A DNA stretch of 64,000 nt from Gemmatimonadota bacterium. GTDB lineage: Bacteria > Gemmatimonadota > Gemmatimonadetes > Palauibacterales > Palauibacteraceae. The translations under genes and the position numbers were made by a program. The stretch is from positions 352,001 to 416,000 of the forward strand of contig OY762926.1 of assembly GCA_963666735.1 (NCBI GenBank), read 5' to 3'. The notes below the pieces were generated by a model that did not search any database, had not been told where the DNA came from, and saw only the letters and a program-made list of their open reading frames with translations. Shown here piece after piece: positions 34,508-44,287 of this stretch (its first letter is position 1; each line of letters starts with the position of its first letter).

Positions 34508-35479
34508 ATGACGATCCGAGTTCGCGCGCCGTCACGCGCCGCCGCCGCAGTGATCCTCGTGACCGGTTCGATCGCGCTGGGCGGAGGGGCCTGCTCTTCT
34601 CATCCCGGCACGGTCACCGGCGGGGGAACCCCCCGGGTCTTGTTGATCGGGATCGACGGCGTGCGCCCGGATGTGCTCGCGGACGTGCCGACTCCGGTCA
34701 TGGATTCCCTCGCCGCGGGCGGATGGTACACGGCGGACACGCGCACGACCATCCCACCGGTCAGCGGCCCGGCCTGGTCTTCGATCCTCACCGGCGTGTG
34801 GCCGGCGAAACACGGTGTGCTGGATAACGGATTCCAGGGGCGGCGATACGCGGAGCACGCGGATTTTCTGACGCTCGTTGAGCGGGAGCGACCCGGCCTC
34901 TCGACGTTCGCGGCCCTCGACTGGTTGCCCCTGGCCGTCCTCGATGGGGGAGGCCCGGCGCTATCCGATGCCATCGACACGCGGTTTGTCGTGGACGGGT
35001 ACGAACTCGGGTGGGCGGAAGCGGACAGCACCATCGCGGGCCGAGCGGCGGAACATCTGGCGGAAGCAGACCCGGCCGCGGCTTTCGTCTACCTCGGGAA
35101 TCCGGATGAGACGAGTCATCGACACGGGTCGGTCGGGGCCGAATACCGCGACGCGATCGCCCTGTCGGATCGCCACGTCGGCTGGATGATGGAGGCGCTG
35201 CGGGCGCGGCCCACATACGAGGAGGAGGACTGGCTCGTGCTCATTAGCACGGACCACGGCCGGCGCGAGGACGGCGGCCACGGCGGAGACTCGCCGGAAG
35301 AGATGACGATCTTCATCCTCGCGAGCGGTGAGGCGACGAGACACTGGCCCGCGGCGGGATCCGGCCCCACCTACATCGTCGATGTCCCGGTCACGGCGCT
35401 CCACCACCTGGGCGTGTCCGCCGGTTCCGACGCCGACTTCGACGGTACGCCGCTCGGTACTCCGCGCGTGGACCCGTAG
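34508..35479 (+). CDS. Alkaline phosphatase superfamily (nucleotide pyrophosphatase-like) lipoprotein
   Basis: LLIGIDGVRPD, SGPAWSSILTG, DETSH and STDHG...HGG motifs. Confidence 0.85.
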   Translation: MTIRVRAPSRAAAAVILVTGSIALGGGACSSHPGTVTGGGTPRVLLIGIDGVRPDVLADVPTPVMDSLAAGGWYTADTRTTIPPVSGPAWSSILTGVWPAKHGVLDNGFQGRRYAEHADFLTLVERERPGLSTFAALDWLPLAVLDGGGPALSDAIDTRFVVDGYELGWAEADSTIAGRAAEHLAEADPAAAFVYLGNPDETSHRHGSVGAEYRDAIALSDRHVGWMMEALRARPTYEEEDWLVLISTDHGRREDGGHGGDSPEEMTIFILASGEATRHWPAAGSGPTYIVDVPVTALHHLGVSAGSDADFDGTPLGTPRVDP

Positions 35480-35674
35480 CCGGGGACACGCTGCGGCGCG
35501 GGGGTTCATGTGGCCGCCTCGAGCCAATCGAACGGTCGTCCGAAACGTCCACGCGCCGGAGTCATCGTACCGTTGCGCGCGTGCCGTGGCGGACCCCGCC
35601 CGAACGCTGGCGGGACGTACCGGTGTCGCGCCAGTTTGAGGCAGGGGAGATTCACACCAGGAACGGGGGATGAG

Positions 35675-36883
35675 ATGTCCGAGATGAGTCGTCGCGGTTT
35701 CATCGGCCGGGGTTTGAGCCTTGGGGCGGCAGCCGCCGTCGCGGGCGCGGCGCCGGCCCAGGCTTCGGCCCGGCGGGGGTGTCCCTCGCTGGCGTCGAGC
35801 GGGCGCGCGCAGACGCCGATGATGATCACAAGCCATACGAACGATACGGGGCGCCGAGCCGCCACTGCGGCGTGGCAGATCCTGTCGGGCGGCGGCGGGG
35901 CGATGGACGCGGTCGAACGCGGCGCGAACATCATCGAACTCGACCCCGACGGGACGAGCGTCGGCTGGGGCGGCTTGCCCAACGCCGACGGCGTCGTCCA
36001 GCTCGATGCGTCCGTCATGGACGGGGCCACCTACAACGCCGGCTCGGTCGCCGGCATTGAGGGAATCCGCACTCCCGCGTCGGTGGCCCGGCTCGTCATG
36101 GAGCGCACCGACCACGTCATGCTGGTCGGTGAATTTGCGCAGCGCTTCGCGGTCGGCTTCGGCTTTGAGGTCCAGGATCTGATGACGCCGAAGTCGCGTG
36201 AGATCTGGCTTCGCTGGCGCGAGCGCCTGTCCGACTCGGACGACTGGGGACCGCCGGACCACCTGCGGCGTCCGGGCGGAGACTCCGGCGGTGGCTCCGG
36301 CGGCGGGCTCGCCCGCGCCGGATTCGGCGAGGATGCCTGGAGGCGGGAAGCGGAAGAGTGGGCGGAACTGCTCGACCTGCCCGGCCGCGACGGCCCCGGC
36401 CGCGACTACGTCCTGGCGGACGCCCTCATCCACCGCTACGGGACGACGAACGTGCTCGCCGTCGACGCGCAGGGGAACGTTTCGGGCATCACGACGACGA
36501 GCGGACTCGCCTGGAAGGTCCCCGGCCGCGTGGGCGACTCGCCGATCATCGGCGCCGGCCTGTACGTGGACAACGACATCGGCGCCGCCGCCGTGACGGG
36601 ACGGGGCGAGGACGTGATCAAGTCGTGCGCCGGATACTACATCGTCTCGCGGATGGGCGAGGGGCGCACGCCGCAGCAGGCCTGCGAGGACGCCGTGGCC
36701 ATGATCCGCCACAAGTACCGGAACGTGGCGCCGGATTTCATCCCGTCCGAGAAGTTCGTCGCGATCAACAAGGACGGGGACCATGGCTGCGCCTGGATGC
36801 CCTTCCGCGACACGCCGCCCCGCATGACCGTGGCGAACGCGGACGGGATCCAGACGTACGAGGGGGTGAGCGTCGCCGACTGA
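35675..36883 (+). CDS. Tat-exported Ntn-hydrolase (glycosylasparaginase / isoaspartyl peptidase family)
   Basis: SRRGFI twin-Arg signal; SVGWGGLPN, LDASVMDG, TTTSG..KVPGRVGDSPIIGAG and TGRGE motifs. Confidence 0.9.
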   Translation: MSEMSRRGFIGRGLSLGAAAAVAGAAPAQASARRGCPSLASSGRAQTPMMITSHTNDTGRRAATAAWQILSGGGGAMDAVERGANIIELDPDGTSVGWGGLPNADGVVQLDASVMDGATYNAGSVAGIEGIRTPASVARLVMERTDHVMLVGEFAQRFAVGFGFEVQDLMTPKSREIWLRWRERLSDSDDWGPPDHLRRPGGDSGGGSGGGLARAGFGEDAWRREAEEWAELLDLPGRDGPGRDYVLADALIHRYGTTNVLAVDAQGNVSGITTTSGLAWKVPGRVGDSPIIGAGLYVDNDIGAAAVTGRGEDVIKSCAGYYIVSRMGEGRTPQQACEDAVAMIRHKYRNVAPDFIPSEKFVAINKDGDHGCAWMPFRDTPPRMTVANADGIQTYEGVSVAD

Positions 36884-36914
36884 CGAGGCGCCCGGCCCCG
36901 ACCCCGAGTCCGCC

Positions 36915-37370
36915 GTGTCCGAAGTGACCGTGATCGTCAGGGAAGCGGGTCTCGAGGATGTCGGCCGCCTCGCGCCGCTGTTCGACGGATACCGCCAGTT
37001 CTACCGCCAACCGGCGGATCCGGAGGGTGCCCGCCGGTTCCTGGCCGAACGTCTGGGAGCCGGCGAGTCGCGCATCTTCCTGGCGGAGACCGAGGACCGC
37101 TGGCCGCTGGGGTTCGTGCAACTCTTCCCGTCCTTCTCCTCCGTATCGATGAGGCGGCTCTGGATTCTCAACGACCTCTTCGTCGCGCCGGACGCGCGCC
37201 GGTCCGGGGTCGCGCGCGCCCTCATGAACCGAGCGCGGGACCTCGCCGTCGAAACCGGCGCCAAGGGCCTCATCCTGGAGACCGAATCCCACAACGCCCC
37301 CGCAAGGAGACTGTACGAAGGCCTGGGCTGGGCGCTCGACGGCGCCGACCACTACGAGTTGTTCGTGTGA
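36915..37370 (+). CDS. GNAT acetyltransferase
   Basis: LFDGYRQFY, QLFPSFSS, ILNDLFV..ARRSGVA and N.PARRLYE.LG motifs. Confidence 0.9.
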   Translation: MSEVTVIVREAGLEDVGRLAPLFDGYRQFYRQPADPEGARRFLAERLGAGESRIFLAETEDRWPLGFVQLFPSFSSVSMRRLWILNDLFVAPDARRSGVARALMNRARDLAVETGAKGLILETESHNAPARRLYEGLGWALDGADHYELFV

Positions 37371-37846
37371 ATCCCCGTGTGAGCACCGCGGTCCGCACGG
37401 TGGTTCCGGTGCTGCTGCTGCCCGCGCTCGCGGCTGTCGCATGCGCTGCCGGATCGGCGGAGGGACCCGGCGCCGGGAGATCCGGCCGGGAGTTGCGACT
37501 GTCGCTATCGGCCGGCGAAGAGTCGCCGGCGGCCGCCACACCCGTCGTCCTCGAGTTGACCGGCACGAACGAGGGCCAGGCCGCGCTCATCCTCGATTTC
37601 CCCGACGGGCAGCGCTACGATTTCGAGGTGATCTCGGAGGATGGGGCCGTCGTCTGGCATTGGGGGGAGGGCAGGTTCTTCGCCCAGGTGCTGGGACGCG
37701 AGACGCTCGAACCCGGCGCCTCTCTGCACTGGACCGGGAGAATCGAAGCCGGGCTGCCGGCTGGTGTTTACCGCGTCCTCGCCACACTCACCACGGTGGA
37801 GCCTCACACCATCGAGGCCACGCTCACCGTCCTTCCGCGGAGCTAG
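37367..37846 (+). CDS. BsuPI-like (intracellular proteinase inhibitor domain) exported protein
   Basis: FPDGQRYDFEV....VWHWGEGRFFAQV...TLEPG motif; signal/lipoprotein-like N-terminus. Confidence 0.7.
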   Translation: MNPRVSTAVRTVVPVLLLPALAAVACAAGSAEGPGAGRSGRELRLSLSAGEESPAAATPVVLELTGTNEGQAALILDFPDGQRYDFEVISEDGAVVWHWGEGRFFAQVLGRETLEPGASLHWTGRIEAGLPAGVYRVLATLTTVEPHTIEATLTVLPRS

Positions 37847-37852
37847 CGACCG

Positions 37853-39661
37853 TTGAACGACACACCCTCGAACGACACGACGCCGACAGGACTCGCCACG
37901 GATCCCGACGCACTCGAGCCCGACCTTCTGCAAGCCGTCTCCTTCGATGCGGGGTGGTCCCTGCTCGAGCGCTTCTCGACTCTCGTGCGAGAGTCCGGAA
38001 GCGAAGACGAGCACGCCGCGGCCGAGTACATCGCCGCCGTACTTGGCGGGATGGGCGTGCCGTTCGAGATGCACGAGCCGGATCTCTACCTCTCCCTCCC
38101 CCGCGAGTCCTCGGTGGAGTGGAGCGGCGGGTCGATACGGGCCAAGCCGCCGTCCTTCGCGGTACCGACGCAGGGTGGCGGGCTCGAAGGGGAACTCGTC
38201 TTCGTCCCGGCCGCGGCCGCGACGGGGCAGCGAGACCTGTTCGCGAAACGGCTCGGCGACGACCTGCCCGACGTGGCCGGCAAGATCGTGCTCAGCGAGG
38301 GATTCGCGATGCCGGGCATGGTCTCCGCCTTCGAGGCGGCGGGCGCGGTGGGACAGGTCTTCATCAACCCCGGGCGGAACATCCACTGGGGGATCTGCAC
38401 GTCGATCTGGGGCACGCCGACGGCCAGGAACCTCGCCACGAAGCCCGGGACGCCCGTGGTCGCGGTCAACAACCCCGATGGAGAGCGGCTGAAGGAGGCC
38501 GTGGGCGAAACCGTCGGGCTGCGCGTCCGGCTGGAAGAAGGCTGGTATCCGTGCAAGCTGCCCGTGGCGCACATCGCCGGCGCGTCGGAGGAGTTCATGC
38601 TCGTGCACGGGCACTACGACTCGTGGGATGCCGGGATCGGCGACAACGCGGTCGGCGATGCGACGCTGCTGGAACTGGCCCGGATCTTCCACGCGGAAGC
38701 GGGGCGGCTGAAGCGCTCGCTGCGCATCGCCTGGTGGCCGGCGCACTCGACGGGGCGCTACGGCGGCTCCACCTGGTATGCCGACACGCACGCGCTGGAA
38801 CTCCGCAAGCGCTGCGTGGGCGCGATCAATATCGACTCGCCGGGCTGCTGGCACGCGACGGAGTATGACGACGTGATGTGGATGGCCGAGGCGGGGCCGC
38901 TGTGCGCGCGCGCAATCGCAGACGTCACGGGGAAGACGGCGAAACGGCTGCGGCCGCTGCGGGCCGGCGACTATTCCTTCAATCAGATCGGGCTCACCTC
39001 GTTCTACATGTTGCTCTCGAACATCCCCGCGGAGGAGCGCGCGGCGCTCGGCTTCTATCCCACCGGCGGGTGCGGGGGAAATATCGCGTGGCACACCGAA
39101 GACGATGTCATGGCCGTCGCCGAGCGGGAGAACCTCGAGCGCGACCTGAGCGTCTACGTGGCATCGATCGCGCGTGTGCTCAACGCGCCGATCCTCCCGT
39201 ACGACTTCCGCGAGACCGTCTCGGAACTGACGGGGTTCGTCGACGACTACGCGGAGGCGGCCGGGGATCTGCTCGACCTCGGCGCGGTCCGTGCGGAACT
39301 CCGGACGCTGAGCGTGGCGCTGGACGACCTGTACGCCGCCATCGGGGAGGGACGACCGGATGGGGCGGCGGCCGGGACCGTGAATGAGTTGTTCCTCGAG
39401 TTGTCCCGCATCCTGGTGCCGATCGGCTACGCGGAGGGAGGGCCGTTCGACCACGATCCGGCCCTGCCGCGGACGCCGATCCCGCGGCTCGCGAGGGTGG
39501 CCGAGTTGTCGAGCCTCGCGGAATCCGGCTCCGACGCGCTGCCCTTCCTCGTGAACGAACTGCGTCGGGAGGCGAACCATGTGGCGAACGGCTTCCACGA
39601 GGCGGCCCGGGCGGTGCGGCGCGTGCTGGCGCGGTTGACGGCTTCGGCGCCGGCGGGCTGA
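37853..39661 (+). CDS. M28 family metallopeptidase-like protein with PA domain
   Basis: HGHYDSW, GDNAVG, NIDSPG and WHT..D motifs; WPAHS in place of the canonical GEE. Confidence 0.8.
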   Translation: MNDTPSNDTTPTGLATDPDALEPDLLQAVSFDAGWSLLERFSTLVRESGSEDEHAAAEYIAAVLGGMGVPFEMHEPDLYLSLPRESSVEWSGGSIRAKPPSFAVPTQGGGLEGELVFVPAAAATGQRDLFAKRLGDDLPDVAGKIVLSEGFAMPGMVSAFEAAGAVGQVFINPGRNIHWGICTSIWGTPTARNLATKPGTPVVAVNNPDGERLKEAVGETVGLRVRLEEGWYPCKLPVAHIAGASEEFMLVHGHYDSWDAGIGDNAVGDATLLELARIFHAEAGRLKRSLRIAWWPAHSTGRYGGSTWYADTHALELRKRCVGAINIDSPGCWHATEYDDVMWMAEAGPLCARAIADVTGKTAKRLRPLRAGDYSFNQIGLTSFYMLLSNIPAEERAALGFYPTGGCGGNIAWHTEDDVMAVAERENLERDLSVYVASIARVLNAPILPYDFRETVSELTGFVDDYAEAAGDLLDLGAVRAELRTLSVALDDLYAAIGEGRPDGAAAGTVNELFLELSRILVPIGYAEGGPFDHDPALPRTPIPRLARVAELSSLAESGSDALPFLVNELRREANHVANGFHEAARAVRRVLARLTASAPAG

Positions 39662-39690
39662 CGCGGGTGCGAGGCAGGAGGGGAGGATCG

Positions 39691-40380
39691 GTGCGCGCGG
39701 CTGCGGCGGCGGCACTGGCGCTGGTGGCGGCACCCGCGCTGGCGGGCCTGTCCGTGGCGGCGCCGGCGGCGGCGCAGACGACGGACACGGTATTCGTCCG
39801 GCTGGATGCCGACGGCGCGGCCCACGTTCGGCAGGGCCTCCCGCCGGAGGGCGGTGCCGTGCGGGCATTCGCGATTCGGATCGAGCACCAGGCCCTGTCG
39901 CTGACGGAAGCGGCGCCGGACGGCGGGCGCCCGCCCGACGTCGATGCCGCGCTGACCCCGGTCGACGGCGCGTACCGCATCGACGTGGTCTCCGACGCGC
40001 CGGTCGTCGTGTCCTACACCGTCCGGAATCCGGTGCGCGGACGGCTGGACCGGATCCCCCTCTTCGTCGCCGGCCGGGAGGCCGAGGAGACCGTCGTACA
40101 GGAGGTCACGGCGCCGTGGCTGATTCGGCTGGAGGGAGATCCGGACGTACTCGATGCGCTGGACCTGTCGACCAGCCTGCCGCGCTTCGTCCGAACGGGC
40201 GATGACATCGTGACGGCCACCCTGTCGAGCGTGCCGGGGCTGCTGCGGCTGTCCCGCGGGGGCGCGCTCTCGTTCGCGCGCATCGCCGACTTCGCCGTGC
40301 TCGCGCTGCTCCTGGCCGGGGCGATCTGGACGTGGCGGAACGCGCGTGCGCGCCGCGAGGGAGCCGGAGCCGCCCCGTGA
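39691..40380 (+). CDS. Exported hypothetical protein with C-terminal membrane anchor
   Basis: SD GGAGG; signal peptide AAA-Q; C-terminal TM plus basic tail. Confidence 0.6.
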   Translation: MRAAAAAALALVAAPALAGLSVAAPAAAQTTDTVFVRLDADGAAHVRQGLPPEGGAVRAFAIRIEHQALSLTEAAPDGGRPPDVDAALTPVDGAYRIDVVSDAPVVVSYTVRNPVRGRLDRIPLFVAGREAEETVVQEVTAPWLIRLEGDPDVLDALDLSTSLPRFVRTGDDIVTATLSSVPGLLRLSRGGALSFARIADFAVLALLLAGAIWTWRNARARREGAGAAP

Positions 40381-40583
40381 CGATCATCCTGATCGCGGCG
40401 GGCTTCTTCGCCCTCGGCCTCACGGTGATCCTCCTGTTCCGGAAGACCATCCGCGCCGACGACGAGCTGGACCGCCGTTGGGCCGAGGTGGTCGCACAGC
40501 GCTCGCGACGTACGGCCTCGCCCTCCCCGCCCGGGAAGACCGCGGAACCCGACGGGCGCGAACCGCCCGGCGCGCCGACATGA
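40377..40583 (+). CDS. Small single-TM protein, putative SSS symporter accessory subunit
   Basis: GTGA and ATGA overlaps on both sides; one hydrophobic helix; directly precedes the SSS gene. Confidence 0.6.
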   Translation: MTIILIAAGFFALGLTVILLFRKTIRADDELDRRWAEVVAQRSRRTASPSPPGKTAEPDGREPPGAPT

Positions 40584-42028
40584 GCGACGTCTTTTTCGTC
40601 GTCCTCGGCGTCTATGTGGCGATCATCATGGGCATCGCGATCTGGAGCTACTTCCAGACCGAGACCGAAGTCGACTTCCTCGCCGCCGGCCGCTCGATCG
40701 GCCCCATCGTCGGCGGCGCCGTCCTCGCCGCCACGCAGATCTCCGCCGGCACCTTCGTGGGCACCGCCGGCCGCCACTACCTGGCCGGCGTCTCCTGGGT
40801 CTTTCCCTGGCTCGGTCTCTGGACGGGGTGGCTGGTGTGCGCCTTCTTCGTCGCCCCGAAACTGCGGCGTCTCGGCGCGCTCACGGTCCCCGACTACATC
40901 TCCGCCCGCTACGGCAGCCCGAAGGCCGGAGCCCTCGCCGGCATCCTCATCGTCGTGGCCTACACGATCTACCTCGTGGCGCAGTTCCAGGCGGGCGGCG
41001 AGATCGCGGAGGTCGTGTTCGGTATCCGCCCGCTCACCGCGATGCTCATCATCGTGGCATCGACTGCGCTCTACACCCTCCTCGGCGGGGTCCGGTCCAG
41101 TTCCTACATCGACTTCCTGCAGACGCTGATCATGGTCGCGGCGCTCATCGTGGCGGTCCCCGTCCTTCTCAACCAGGTCGGCGGCGGCAGCCCCCTCGCG
41201 GCGGTCGAACGGTCGCTCGACTTCCTGGACACGCTGGACGACCGTCTCGTGGGCTGGTACTACTCACCGCGCGAACTGCTCGCCTTCGCGATCGCGTTCG
41301 GACTCTCGATCGCGGCGGCGCCCTATGAACTCACGCGCTTCTACTCGATGCGTGACGAGCGAACGGTGCGGAAGGCGATCTTCGTGGCGATCGGCTTCCA
41401 GGTCGTGATTGCGACCAGCATCATGTCGATCGGCATGCTCATGCGGGTACTGTTCCCGAACCTCCCTTCCCAGGACCAGGCGACGGCGACGATGGCGCTG
41501 CACGTGCTGCCTCCCGTGGTCGGCGCGCTGCTGCTGGTCGCCATGCTGTCGGCGATCATGTCGACCGTGAACTCGATCCTCCTCGTGACCGGCGCGGGCG
41601 TCGCGCACGACCTGTACGGGAAGTTCATCCGGCCCGACGCGAGCCAGAAGCACCTCGTCAACGCGAACCGGGTGGCGATCGTCGTCCTCGCGATCATCCC
41701 CCTCTTCTTCGCGTTGCAGAAACTGGGGGATGTCCAGGGCATCGTGCTGGAACAGGCGAAGTTCATCGCCTCGTTCTTCTTCGTCCCCATCGTCATCGGT
41801 CTCAACTGGCGGCGGGGGACGGCGAAGGGCGCGGTCGCCTCCATGATCGGGGGCTTCCTGGCCTGCCTTGTGTGGACGCTCTGGTTCCAGGAACACTACT
41901 TCGATCTGTACGGTATCGACTCCGTGGAATTGGGTGTCGGTGCGAGCCTCATCCTGTTCATCATGGTCTCGCTGATGACGAAACCGAATCCCGGCCAGAC
42001 GCTGGAGCCGTTCTTCGGGAACAAGTGA
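40580..42028 (+). CDS. Sodium:solute symporter (PutP/PanF-like)
   Basis: DFLAAGRSIG, SAGTFVG, TVPDYISARY and SAIMSTVNS motifs; many TM helices. Confidence 0.9.
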   Translation: MSDVFFVVLGVYVAIIMGIAIWSYFQTETEVDFLAAGRSIGPIVGGAVLAATQISAGTFVGTAGRHYLAGVSWVFPWLGLWTGWLVCAFFVAPKLRRLGALTVPDYISARYGSPKAGALAGILIVVAYTIYLVAQFQAGGEIAEVVFGIRPLTAMLIIVASTALYTLLGGVRSSSYIDFLQTLIMVAALIVAVPVLLNQVGGGSPLAAVERSLDFLDTLDDRLVGWYYSPRELLAFAIAFGLSIAAAPYELTRFYSMRDERTVRKAIFVAIGFQVVIATSIMSIGMLMRVLFPNLPSQDQATATMALHVLPPVVGALLLVAMLSAIMSTVNSILLVTGAGVAHDLYGKFIRPDASQKHLVNANRVAIVVLAIIPLFFALQKLGDVQGIVLEQAKFIASFFFVPIVIGLNWRRGTAKGAVASMIGGFLACLVWTLWFQEHYFDLYGIDSVELGVGASLILFIMVSLMTKPNPGQTLEPFFGNK

Positions 42029-42081
42029 CCTGCGGACCGCGATCCCGTCCGCGGGTCCGCCAACCATAGGGAGGCCTTCGA

Positions 42082-42861
42082 ATGTCGGACGTACTGAGCC
42101 GCCTCGTGGAGGAACTGGACGCGGGCACGGTTCGGGTGGTGGATCTCACGATCCCCCTCGGTCCCGATACCGTGGTCATCGACCTCCCTCCGATGTTTGC
42201 GCCGTCAAATGGAGTGACGATCGAGCGGATCTCGAGATATGACGACGATGGGCCGGCCTGGTACTGGAACAACCTCACGCTCGGCGAACACACCGGGACG
42301 CACTTCGACGCCCCCATCCACTGGGTGACGGGGAGGGATGTGCCCAACGGCGCGACGGACACGATCCCGCCGCGGAAGTTCGTCGGTCCGGCGTGCGTCA
42401 TCGACGTGGAGGAGGAAGTCGTCGCGGACCCCGACTTCCTCCTCGCTCCGGGGGGACTCGAGGCGTGGGAGGCGGAGCATGGACGCGTGCCCGCGGGCGC
42501 CTGGGTCTTTCTGCGCACCGGGTGGAGCCGAAGGGAAGGGAAGGAGGCGTTTCTCAACGTGTCGGAAGACGGCCCGCACTCGCCGGGCTTTCACTGGGAA
42601 ACCTCGGCCCTGCTGGCCCATGACCGCGCAGTGCTCGGGGTCGGAGTGGAGACGGTCGGAACCGATGCGGGTCAGGCCGGAGGGTTCGATCCGCCGTTCC
42701 CGAACCACGGGATCATGCACGGGGCGGGGAAGTTCGGCCTCGCGAGCCTGTGCAACCTCGACCGGTTGCCCCCTACGGGCGCAGTGGCGATCGCCGCCCC
42801 GCTCAAGATCGTGGACGGGAGCGGGAGCCCGTTGCGCGTGATCGCGCTGGTCCCGGCATAG
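42082..42861 (+). CDS. Cyclase family metal hydrolase (kynurenine formamidase / isatin hydrolase-like)
   Basis: GEHTGTHFDAPIHW, GTDAGQ and GSGSPLRVIA motifs. Confidence 0.88.
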   Translation: MSDVLSRLVEELDAGTVRVVDLTIPLGPDTVVIDLPPMFAPSNGVTIERISRYDDDGPAWYWNNLTLGEHTGTHFDAPIHWVTGRDVPNGATDTIPPRKFVGPACVIDVEEEVVADPDFLLAPGGLEAWEAEHGRVPAGAWVFLRTGWSRREGKEAFLNVSEDGPHSPGFHWETSALLAHDRAVLGVGVETVGTDAGQAGGFDPPFPNHGIMHGAGKFGLASLCNLDRLPPTGAVAIAAPLKIVDGSGSPLRVIALVPA

Positions 42862-42883
42862 CGGGCGCGGAGGGGGCGCGGGG

Positions 42884-43714
42884 ATGGACGGCGGCGAGCG
42901 GCAGCGATCCGCCTATCGGAAGATCCTGAGGGCGCTGGACGAGGCCATCTTCTGTCTGGAGCGGGAGCCCCCGGAGGATCCGGATGACCATGATGCGGAA
43001 CAGCAGGGGGTCTTTCGCCTCGGAGAAGCGGGCGGGATCGCCTTTGCCAGCCATTTCGCGGGAACGGGCTCCGGAGCCCTCTTCGACGAGATCTCCGACG
43101 CGGCCGAAGCGGAGGATCTGGATCGGATCCGCCAGATACGGGGCCTGGTCGAATCGAGGCTGCGGTCGGGCGAAGGCGCGACTGCGGGAGAGTCGGGCGA
43201 GGGTGCGCTCGACTGGGATGCCGGCTACCTGCAGCTCCTCGCGGTCCTGAACGAGTCGCGGCGAGCCCGGGAAGAGGGAGACGCGCATCGATACCGGATC
43301 ATGGCGGGTTTCCTCGCCGGCTTCCTGCAGCGGGACGCGAGACCGGGGGAATACGAGCCCGGATCCCTGCGAGACGCGGTCATCGCCGCGTGCAACGAGG
43401 GGTGGGGCGAGACCCTGTGGAGGGAGTGGGAGGCGATTCGGGACGAGTGGCTGGCCGGCGATTCTCCGGGAGCCCCGGAGGACCCGGACCTTCTCCTCAG
43501 GTGGCTCGGTCTGCGGCTGGCCGCCGCCGAGTCGGTGACCGGTTCGCTCGTTTCCAGCCAGGTCGGCGGGGCGCACGACCATCGAAGCGGGGGGGAGCTG
43601 GACGATGGTGCGCGCTTCCTGCGCTGCGAACGCTCGACCCGCCGCGCGCGGAACTTCGGCGCCGGAATCGCGCGCCGCGACATGCACGACGAGATTCCGG
43701 ATCCCGCCATCTGA
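42884..43714 (+). CDS. Hypothetical protein
   Basis: Helical, charged composition; fills the gap on the operon strand; no recognised motif. Confidence 0.5.
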   Translation: MDGGERQRSAYRKILRALDEAIFCLEREPPEDPDDHDAEQQGVFRLGEAGGIAFASHFAGTGSGALFDEISDAAEAEDLDRIRQIRGLVESRLRSGEGATAGESGEGALDWDAGYLQLLAVLNESRRAREEGDAHRYRIMAGFLAGFLQRDARPGEYEPGSLRDAVIAACNEGWGETLWREWEAIRDEWLAGDSPGAPEDPDLLLRWLGLRLAAAESVTGSLVSSQVGGAHDHRSGGELDDGARFLRCERSTRRARNFGAGIARRDMHDEIPDPAI

Positions 43715-43803
43715 GCGATCCCTCCGGCTCTTGTGCCCGGGGCTCGGAGGGAGGACGATGTCGAGTGGGCCGGAGGTCGTACGCGTAACGCGAGGAGTGT
43801 TCA

Positions 43804-44151
43804 GTGGCGGACAACGGAAGCGCAGGCAAGGCCGTCAACGTGGCGTCGATTCTGCTGGCGCTGCTCTTCCTCCTCAACGGAGGGCTAAAGGTGGCCGGGA
43901 TAATGGTCGATCAGTTTGCGCTGTGGGGTTATCCGGCGTGGTTCCAGTACCTGATCGGCGTCATGGAGGTGCTGGCGGGGGTCGGATTCCTGAGGCGTCA
44001 GACGCGGTTTCTCACGTCGGTCGTGGTCATCGTGATCATGGCGGGCGCCATCTACACGCTCCTGAGGGCGGGGACGGCGGCGCAGGCCGCGGTGCCGGCC
44101 GTCGTGCTGGGCCTCGCCCTCTTCGTGGGCAAGAACTCGCGCCGGAGCTAG
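43804..44151 (+). CDS. DoxX family membrane protein
   Basis: SD GAGGAG; GGLK, F..WGYP.WF..LIG..E and MAGA..T motifs. Confidence 0.85.
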   Translation: MADNGSAGKAVNVASILLALLFLLNGGLKVAGIMVDQFALWGYPAWFQYLIGVMEVLAGVGFLRRQTRFLTSVVVIVIMAGAIYTLLRAGTAAQAAVPAVVLGLALFVGKNSRRS

Positions 44152-44287
44152 CAGCCCGCGGAAGACCCCTGCGCCGGGCTGTACGTGGACCCGCAACGGT
44201 GCCGGCCGGACCGCCGCCGGCGCTTCACGAGGCCCGGCCGCCTGGGCGCGGTGTTCCCGGTTCCCCTTCGTGCGTGGGGCCGTTCGA

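Noticed and set aside
43589..43595. G7 tract as a phase-variation or frameshift site
   Set aside because: Short run in GC-rich DNA; no recognisable protein in the alternative frames
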